DNA of 64,000 nucleotides. It comes from an uncultured Acidobacteriaceae bacterium (GTDB taxonomy: Bacteria; Acidobacteriota; Terriglobia; Terriglobales; Acidobacteriaceae). Position 1 is the stretch's first letter, and each line of letters begins with the position of its first letter. The stretch spans positions 160 to 64,159 of the forward strand of contig CAVVQB010000009.1 of assembly GCA_963750245.1 (NCBI GenBank). The letters are read 5' to 3'. Under the pieces are notes generated by a model. The model was not told the DNA's origin. It saw only the letters and a program-made list of their open reading frames with translations, and searched no databases. Both the position numbers and the translations under genes were made by a program. This document shows, piece after piece, positions 58,267-64,000 of the stretch.

Positions 58267-58932
58267 ATGACCAAGCGGCGCGTCATTTTTTTCGATGTGG
58301 GTAACACATTATTGTTTCCGAACCGGGCTAGGATGCTGGCCCCGATCGCGAGTGAGCGACATCCTACGCTTGAGCAACGGCAGGCACTGGAGCGCAAGAC
58401 GAAGGCGGAATTTGATCAGGACATGCAGAGCGGCCGGGCGGATCAGGGATTCTGGTGGATGTTTCATAGTCATCTGCTCGAAGAGCTGGATGAAGCTCGC
58501 GATGGGCTGCTGCCGGAGTTGGCGGGGAATATGCAGAACTCGGCCAACTGGGACCAGATTCTGCCGGGAACGCGTGCGGCGCTCGATCGAATCCGCGAGA
58601 AGTTTCGTATTGCGGTGATTTCCAACGCCGATGGGAAGATCGAGAATGTGCTCACGCGGTGCGGCATTGCGGAGTGTTTTGAGAGCATCACGGATTCAGG
58701 AGTTGTGGGATTCGAGAAGCCGCGACCTGAAATTTTTGACGCGGCGCTGAAACGCATGAACGCGCGCGCGGACGAGAGCCTGTATGTGGGAGATGTTTAT
58801 TCGGTGGACTACGTGGGGGCGCGAAACGCAGGTATGCAGGCCGTGCTGATGGACGTGGCTGGAGCTTACCGTGAGCGGCAGGAACCGCGGGTAGAATCGG
58901 TGGAGCAACTGGAAAACTGGCTGGAAGATTAG
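58267..58932 (+). CDS. HAD-superfamily hydrolase (subfamily IA)
   Basis: Motif I 'VIFFDVGNTLL', motif II 'VISNAD' and motif IV 'YVGDVYSVDYVGARNAG'. Confidence 0.82.
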   Translation: MTKRRVIFFDVGNTLLFPNRARMLAPIASERHPTLEQRQALERKTKAEFDQDMQSGRADQGFWWMFHSHLLEELDEARDGLLPELAGNMQNSANWDQILPGTRAALDRIREKFRIAVISNADGKIENVLTRCGIAECFESITDSGVVGFEKPRPEIFDAALKRMNARADESLYVGDVYSVDYVGARNAGMQAVLMDVAGAYRERQEPRVESVEQLENWLED

Positions 58933-58950
58933 AGCAGGCTGATTTCGGAA

Positions 58951-60594
58951 CTACAACTCCACAATCTGATGATCGAGGCAGTCGGTACGCATGGAATCGT
59001 GGAGATTCTTCACAAGCTCGGTTCCGTGGCGAGCCATGTAATAAGCGCCGGCGACGCCACGCTCTTGCAGTGCGCCTTCGGGATAGAGAGCCTGAACCAG
59101 GGATTCGGCATGGCGGCTGACGATCTCGCTGCGACGCAACTCGGCGGCCATGGCGCGTTCCCGCAGACGGTCCAGTTGGTAGCGCACTTTGGAAGCACCG
59201 GTCTGGCTGGCCTCGACGAGTGTGGGATCGAGCTTGGCCAACTCTGCGTGCAGGCCGGAAAACGATTCTTCCACCGATTTGTTGACGCGATCGAAGGCTG
59301 ACTGTAAATCCGCAGGAAGAGTGCGTGCGGCCAGCGTGCGGCGAAGGCTCTCAGAGCCGTGCAGCACGTCGACGACGGAGATATCGTATTGCCGCAGCCA
59401 GCGCTGCACCTTGGGCTCAACCAGGGTCGCGGAGAATCGCGGGACGAGCGGGGTCACGCGGCCCAGAATTTTTTCATACACAGCACCTGCCTGAGCAAAG
59501 TAGGCAGCTTCAGCGGAGCCACCGGTATAAGCCAGAGTGGGTAGCAGAAAATCTTGCACGACCGGACGCAATAACACATTCGGGCTGAAGTTCTCAGGCG
59601 CCGCTGTGATGCGATCCAGCAGTTCGTCGGTCGAAAGCTTCTCAGCTCCAGCTTGGCTGCCGATCTTAAACTCCGGCGCATGGTACACGCCTTCAGTCGA
59701 CTTGTGAATCGCCGTACGTGCGCCATCGCGCAATGCAAAGAGCAGCACGGAAGACGGCGTCACCTTTACCTGTTGGAAATAACCAGCGCTTTCCAGCGCA
59801 TCGCCGCGGAGCAACAATGCGGTTTCCAACTCCTCGGCTCGTTCGACTGCCGCGAGATAGATGGGTTCGGCGACGCGATGCAGTTCGGGATCGGAAGCAT
59901 CAAGAAGGATTACGCCCCACGCGGCGAACAAACGCGCATAGAAGCGGGCGAATGCGGTGCCTAAGGTTTCTCCGGGACGATAGGACTCACGCAGAAATTG
60001 CGATGCTTCCGAATCGCCGAGCAACAATACGGCTTCCTCCACCACGGGGAGAATCTCATCCCCTAAACGAACTGCGCTCACCGGAGCGCCCGGGATACTG
60101 TGGCTGGAGGTAGCGAGCGTGCGCAGCAGGCCATCCGGGCCCGGCATGGAGACGTGGTTGACTTCGGCCAGATCGTGATCGTAGGTGGCGAGCCAGAAGA
60201 CGGGGACTGCATCCACCCCCGCCGCGGTCGCTTCCTCCGCCAATCTCACGGCGGTAAGCGCCTTGTAGACGGAGAACATCGGTCCGCCAAAGAGACCGAC
60301 CTGCTGACCGGTCACGACTGCGACCGCGCCGCGGCGCAGACGCTCAAGGTTGGCGACGGTCTGCGATGAGGCATCCCACGATTCGTTTTGCCGTCGGAGA
60401 ATCGCGCTGACACGCTCCCGGCGCAAGTCGTCGTATTGAACCGCGGAAGCTTCCGCTTTCAACCATTCGCTGAAGTGCGGGGAGTGGGGATAAAAGGGCC
60501 GAACATTGGGAGAATATGCGAGGAAGTCGGTGAAGAGCGGGGTGGTATGCGGGATCCTGGAAAAGGGCAGACACTGTGATTTCAACGGCAACAC
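58951..60594 (-). CDS. bshC: Bacillithiol biosynthesis cysteine-adding enzyme BshC
   Basis: 'VVTGQQVGLFGGPMFSVYKALTAVRLAEE...VPVFWLATYDHDLAEVNHV' matches the BshC (YllA) hallmark region. 547 aa is the typical size. Confidence 0.85.
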   Translation of the reverse strand: MLPLKSQCLPFSRIPHTTPLFTDFLAYSPNVRPFYPHSPHFSEWLKAEASAVQYDDLRRERVSAILRRQNESWDASSQTVANLERLRRGAVAVVTGQQVGLFGGPMFSVYKALTAVRLAEEATAAGVDAVPVFWLATYDHDLAEVNHVSMPGPDGLLRTLATSSHSIPGAPVSAVRLGDEILPVVEEAVLLLGDSEASQFLRESYRPGETLGTAFARFYARLFAAWGVILLDASDPELHRVAEPIYLAAVERAEELETALLLRGDALESAGYFQQVKVTPSSVLLFALRDGARTAIHKSTEGVYHAPEFKIGSQAGAEKLSTDELLDRITAAPENFSPNVLLRPVVQDFLLPTLAYTGGSAEAAYFAQAGAVYEKILGRVTPLVPRFSATLVEPKVQRWLRQYDISVVDVLHGSESLRRTLAARTLPADLQSAFDRVNKSVEESFSGLHAELAKLDPTLVEASQTGASKVRYQLDRLRERAMAAELRRSEIVSRHAESLVQALYPEGALQERGVAGAYYMARHGTELVKNLHDSMRTDCLDHQIVEL

Positions 60595-60684
60595 TCCTCA
60601 CATCGCATGTGTGTCTTGTGTTGGACGGCTTTGATCATTGACGGTTAGCCCTCTGTCCGCAGAAACCGCAAGGTCATAGTACAG

Positions 60685-61365
60685 ATGCCCGCGAATTGGC
60701 GCGAGATGCAAGATAATGGATACGTCGTTTTTCAGGAAAGGAAACTCGCTTTGAGTGCGACCATCACCCAACTGCAAATCGTGACTCCGCTGACGCTGGA
60801 AGGTTCCGTGATTCGCCTGGAGCCGATTCGCCGCGATCATGTCGAACTCTTCTGGCAAGCCGCCAAAGACGCGCTCGACGACATCTTTCAATGGATTCCT
60901 TACCAGATGAAAACGTTTGAGGATTTCGAAGGTCTCATCGAGAAGGCGCTGGGCGAGCAGGAGCGCGGCGAATCGGTCGTCTTTGCTACGGTTGAGAGGA
61001 AATCAGGACGGGTGATCGGCAGCACTCGCTTCATGAACATCGACCGGGCGAATCGCCGGGTGGAGATTGGTTCCACATGGATTGCGCCGCAGTGGCAGCG
61101 CACTGCGGTCAATACGGAGGGGAAGCACCTGATGCTGCGGCATGCCTTCGAAGTTTGGGGATGCTTTCGTGTAGAACTCAAGACGGATGCACTGAATCAG
61201 AGATCGCGGAATGCGATTCTGCGGATCGGAGCGAAGGAAGAAGGCACGTTGCGGAAACACGTGCTCACGTGGACGGGGCGGGTGCGCGATTCGGTCTACT
61301 TCAGCATTTTGGATACGGAGTGGCCTGAGGTGCGAAAGAAGCTAGAACAGAAATTGCACCCTTGA
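60685..61365 (+). CDS. GNAT N-acetyltransferase (RimJ/RimL-like)
   Basis: 'LEGSVIRLEPIRRDHVELFW', 'IGSTWIAPQWQRTAVNTEGKHLMLRHAFE' and 'RVELKTDALNQRSRNAILRIGAKEEG'. The start is uncertain (60685, 60706 or later). Confidence 0.8.
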   Translation: MPANWREMQDNGYVVFQERKLALSATITQLQIVTPLTLEGSVIRLEPIRRDHVELFWQAAKDALDDIFQWIPYQMKTFEDFEGLIEKALGEQERGESVVFATVERKSGRVIGSTRFMNIDRANRRVEIGSTWIAPQWQRTAVNTEGKHLMLRHAFEVWGCFRVELKTDALNQRSRNAILRIGAKEEGTLRKHVLTWTGRVRDSVYFSILDTEWPEVRKKLEQKLHP

Positions 61366-61438
61366 AAGAGTTGCCCCACGCTCGTGCGATTCTGGCGCGA
61401 GGTGGGCTCATGTTTGCTTCTTGATCATCTACCGAGTA

Positions 61439-62554
61439 CTACTTCAGCGACGCCATATCGATGACGAAGCGATATTTCACGTCGCTTTTCGCCAGGCGCT
61501 CGTAGGCTTCGTTGATCTGTTGAATGCGAATCAGTTCGATGTCGGCGGCAAGATTATGTTCGGCGCAGAAATCCAGCATCTCCTGCGTCTCCCGAATTCC
61601 GCCGATGATGGAACCGGCAAGCGAGCGGCGCCGGAACAGCAAGCTGCCAACGCCGATGGGCAATGGAGTTGGAGACGCTCCCACCATGGTAAGCGTGCCA
61701 TCGAGCTTGATCAAATCCAGATAAGCGTTCACGTTGTGTTCGGCGGAGACCGTGTCGAGGATGAAATCGAAGCTGCCGAGATGCTTTTGCATCTCCGCTT
61801 CATTCTTCGAGATCACGACTTCGTCAGCGCCCAGCCGAAGACCGTCATTCACCTTTTTCGCCGACGTGGTGAACAGCACCGTGTGCGCGCCGAAGGCATG
61901 AGCGAATTTAACTCCCATGTGCCCGAGCCCGCCCAGGCCAACGACTCCGACCTTTTGCCCTTTGCGCACGTTCCAGTGGCGCATGGGAGAGTACGTGGTG
62001 ATGCCGGCGCAAAGCAGTGGAGCGGTCGCTGCCGGATCCAGCGTCTTGGGAACGCGCAACACGAACGCCTCATCGACGACGATGCTGTCGGAATATCCAC
62101 CGTAGGTCATTCCGCCCAGATGCTTGTCTTCGGAGTTGTAGGTGAAGGTGGGCATGCTGTCGCAGAACTGCTCGTTTCCAGCGCGACAGTTAGGGCAAAC
62201 GCGGTCGGAATCGACCATGCAACCGACCGCGGCCAGATCGCCTTCTTTGAACTTCTTGACCGCGCTGCCAGCCTTCACCACGCGGCCAACGATTTCATGA
62301 CCGGGCACGCAGGGATAAACGGTCGGTATCATGTTTTCCCATTCGTTGCGCGACTGGTGCAGGTCGGAGTGGCAGACGCCGCAAAATAGGATTTCCATCT
62401 GCACATCCGTCGGTCCCGGTTCGCGGCGGCGAATGGACGCTGGCGCTAGCCCAGAAGCAGCACTCTGCGCCGCATAGGCCTTCGCCGGATAGGCCTTAGC
62501 TTTTTGGGTTGAATCTTTTTCCTCAGCAGCAATGGTAGAAGTCATTTCACTCAT
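61439..62554 (-). CDS. Zinc-dependent NAD(P) alcohol dehydrogenase (cinnamyl-ADH / YahK-like)
   Basis: 'GVCHSDLHQSRNEW', 'GHEIVGRV' and 'VGVVGLGGLGHMGVKFA'. ATG at 62554. The ORF is open to 62611. Confidence 0.88.
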   Translation of the reverse strand: MSEMTSTIAAEEKDSTQKAKAYPAKAYAAQSAASGLAPASIRRREPGPTDVQMEILFCGVCHSDLHQSRNEWENMIPTVYPCVPGHEIVGRVVKAGSAVKKFKEGDLAAVGCMVDSDRVCPNCRAGNEQFCDSMPTFTYNSEDKHLGGMTYGGYSDSIVVDEAFVLRVPKTLDPAATAPLLCAGITTYSPMRHWNVRKGQKVGVVGLGGLGHMGVKFAHAFGAHTVLFTTSAKKVNDGLRLGADEVVISKNEAEMQKHLGSFDFILDTVSAEHNVNAYLDLIKLDGTLTMVGASPTPLPIGVGSLLFRRRSLAGSIIGGIRETQEMLDFCAEHNLAADIELIRIQQINEAYERLAKSDVKYRFVIDMASLK

Positions 62555-62668
62555 ATTAGTGTGGGTCTCCTTAACCCATAGATGGCCCAGTTCGCGATTC
62601 GGTTTCCACAAAAAATTGCGCCCAGTGAGGACGACGCGAGATTATATAGGATTCGGAAAGAACACTTC

Positions 62669-63115
62669 TCATTCGCAGAAAACTTTCACCTTCACCTTTG
62701 CGGCGTGATCCGACTGATCGACGTCGACACTCAAGTCGCTGAGCTGGTCAATCAGCTCTTCAAGATTTTCGGGTTTGATCTGGCTCAGATCAAATGGAAT
62801 GCCTTTCTCGTGAATCGCAACATTGGCGCGATTGAGCGCTTGCTGCGGGATGAGACCTGCCAGTTTCACGCCGGCGCGCAGCAATTGCATGGGCACCCGG
62901 ACGTTGACCTTGGTGGGGCCGTCATGATCGTCGTCTTCCGAGTCCACCTGGACACGAAGGTATTTTGGACGAGGTTTGGTTGGCGAATCGGAGGCGTTCT
63001 GCGAGGACGAACCCGAGGAACCAGCTTCCAGGGCTGAGATCAGGCGTTCGGCTTCGTCGGCGCTGATCTTACCTTCGGACAGCATCTGTAAAATCTGACG
63101 GCGATGTTCATTCAT
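62669..63115 (-). CDS. SHOCT-like-motif protein, third gene of the DUF2089 module
   Basis: N-terminal 'ILQMLSEGKISADEAERLISAL', a Ser/Pro linker, then 'KYLRVQVDSEDDDHDGPTKVNVRVPMQLLRAG...VKVKVFCE'. Confidence 0.65.
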   Translation of the reverse strand: MNEHRRQILQMLSEGKISADEAERLISALEAGSSGSSSQNASDSPTKPRPKYLRVQVDSEDDDHDGPTKVNVRVPMQLLRAGVKLAGLIPQQALNRANVAIHEKGIPFDLSQIKPENLEELIDQLSDLSVDVDQSDHAAKVKVKVFCE

Positions 63116-63124
63116 ATTGGACTC

Positions 63125-63385
63125 CTAGAAGACACAAATTGAAACGCCGGCGCTGGGGTTCTCGACTTCAACCTCGGCATGATGCAGCGCGCACAAAATT
63201 TGCCAACCAACGGAAAACGTGCGGAAGGGATTCACCCGGCAGACCAGACAAACGATGAAGAGCAGCGGCGATAACAGTACTGCCAGCGGCACCAGCAGCA
63301 GCCACAACAGAACCAGGGGAATCCACAAACGAATCGTGCGGCTTTTCCGGCCGCGTAAGCTCACCACTGCCACAAAGGGAATCAT
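63125..63385 (-). CDS. Small membrane protein, middle gene of the DUF2089 module
   Basis: 'IRLWIPLVLLWLLLVPLAVLLSPLLFIVCLVC'. The start overlaps the upstream stop (ATGA at 63382-63385). Confidence 0.6.
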   Translation of the reverse strand: MIPFVAVVSLRGRKSRTIRLWIPLVLLWLLLVPLAVLLSPLLFIVCLVCRVNPFRTFSVGWQILCALHHAEVEVENPSAGVSICVF

Positions 63386-63768
63386 TGCAATGCCTCGATT
63401 TCCCGGATCGCTTCCTCCGGCGTAATCAATCCTTTTTGCAGCCGTTCGAGAATTTCACTCTTGGAAGGGGTCGGATTCGTTTCCACGAACTCCAGACTGC
63501 CAGCGATCCGATTGAGCCGTGCCTTGATGGTGGGATAGCTGACTCCGAAAACCCTCTCCATTTCCTTGATGGATCCGTGCGAGCGGACAAAAGCTGTGAT
63601 GAAGATCTGGTCCTCCAGACCCAGCCGGGCCAACTGGGGAAGCTCGAAGCTGCCCTCGATGACGATCTCTTTTTCCGGGATCCGGACGCGCTCGACCACA
63701 ATATGTTGGCCACGAGTTAGGTGGATCAATTCCTGCCAGTCGGTGACGGGTTTTCTTGGCGTGTCCAT
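63382..63768 (-). CDS. DUF2089-family putative DNA-binding protein (zinc-ribbon cysteines absent)
   Basis: 'VIEGSFELPQLARLGLEDQIFITAFVRSHGSIKEMERVFGVSYPTIKARLNRI' is the DUF2089 core with HTH. The C-terminal 'ILERLQKGLITPEEAIREIEAL' is a SHOCT-like motif. Confidence 0.72.
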   Translation of the reverse strand: MDTPRKPVTDWQELIHLTRGQHIVVERVRIPEKEIVIEGSFELPQLARLGLEDQIFITAFVRSHGSIKEMERVFGVSYPTIKARLNRIAGSLEFVETNPTPSKSEILERLQKGLITPEEAIREIEALQ

Positions 63769-63774
63769 AGTGAG

Positions 63775-63862
63775 GCTTAATATTTATTAGTTTATATGCT
63801 ATGTGTATTGAATTTGTCAATTTATTTGTTATAAATAATTCATTAATATGATTTAGTACTCG
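63775..63862. promoter_or_regulatory. Extremely AT-rich island immediately upstream of the DUF2089 operon. Probable promoter/operator region.
   Basis: Only 9 G/C in the 60 nt at 63781-63840, within an otherwise GC-rich window. It contains ATTTGTCAATTTATTTGTTATAAATAATTCATTAAT. Confidence 0.5.
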
Positions 63863-64000
63863 CAAGACCTTACAATCGAGTGTGCAGGGAGACGGTAGAG
63901 GGGGCTGCCTCATCTAATGAATTGACTTCCGGTTCTAGGAACCCTAGTCTGGAGACAGTTCTTTCAAGATGGCCAATCCCACCAGTGGGGGCGTCACGGC

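Noticed and set aside
61421-62389. 322-aa plus-strand ORF
   Set aside because: It is antisense to the zinc alcohol dehydrogenase gene.
63969-64000. ATG at 63969 (MANPTSGGVT...) as the start of a gene running off the window
   Set aside because: Only 10 codons are visible, which is too little to support a call.

Overview
This is a GC-rich bacterial chromosomal segment (GC not computed; it looks like the high 50s % by eye). The protein families present (CarboxypepD_reg-type modules, TreS/GH57/GlgB/MalQ glucan genes, DinB, DUF2059, bacillithiol genes) best fit a soil Acidobacteriota (Terriglobia)-like genome. That assignment is pattern recognition, not proof.

I support about 55 protein genes and one tRNA-Val(TAC). 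I found no rRNA, CRISPR array, transposase, integrase or phage genes. The only classic accessory element is a vapBC toxin-antitoxin pair.

Main blocks:
- 297-5923: protocatechuate branch of the beta-ketoadipate pathway (pcaHGBDC) plus pobA, with a convergent, frameshifted 4-hydroxybenzoyl-CoA-thioesterase-like gene.
- 6048-11471: a 1807-aa thioester-containing alpha-2-macroglobulin homologue with an unusual module set at the bait-region position.
- 11762-17031: treS, a GT-A glycosyltransferase, a TM-helix-repeat membrane protein and malQ. A second glucan locus (GH57 and glgB) lies at 35497-39839.
- Bacillithiol genes bshA (19142) and bshC (58951). No LmbE-type bshB is present, but a YdjC-type deacetylase lies near bshA.
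- Glycolysis genes gpmI and eno.
- 23617-27544: an IorAB-type molybdoenzyme with an AraC regulator.
- 40013-42352: a fused LptF-LptG permease.
- 43877-46719: a Cpx-like module (histidine kinase, OmpR-type regulator and a divergent CpxP/Spy-like gene) with GTAAA-N5-GTAAA-type boxes in the shared promoter.
- 47098 onward: an MsbA-like ABC exporter, two SAM methyltransferases and a bactofilin.
- A mazG-GNAT-menC/NSAR operon, convergent glpD and glpQ, and a DUF2089/small-membrane/SHOCT-like module beside a very AT-rich promoter island at the 3' end.

Three ORF-disrupting lesions are visible. Two are +1 shifts at C3/G3 runs and one is an in-frame TAA. They need read-level verification.

I see no clear-cut new defence or mobile system. 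The most unusual items are the chimeric alpha-2-macroglobulin, the LptFG fusion, two blocks of heptanucleotide tandem repeats, and the uncharacterised DUF2089 module.
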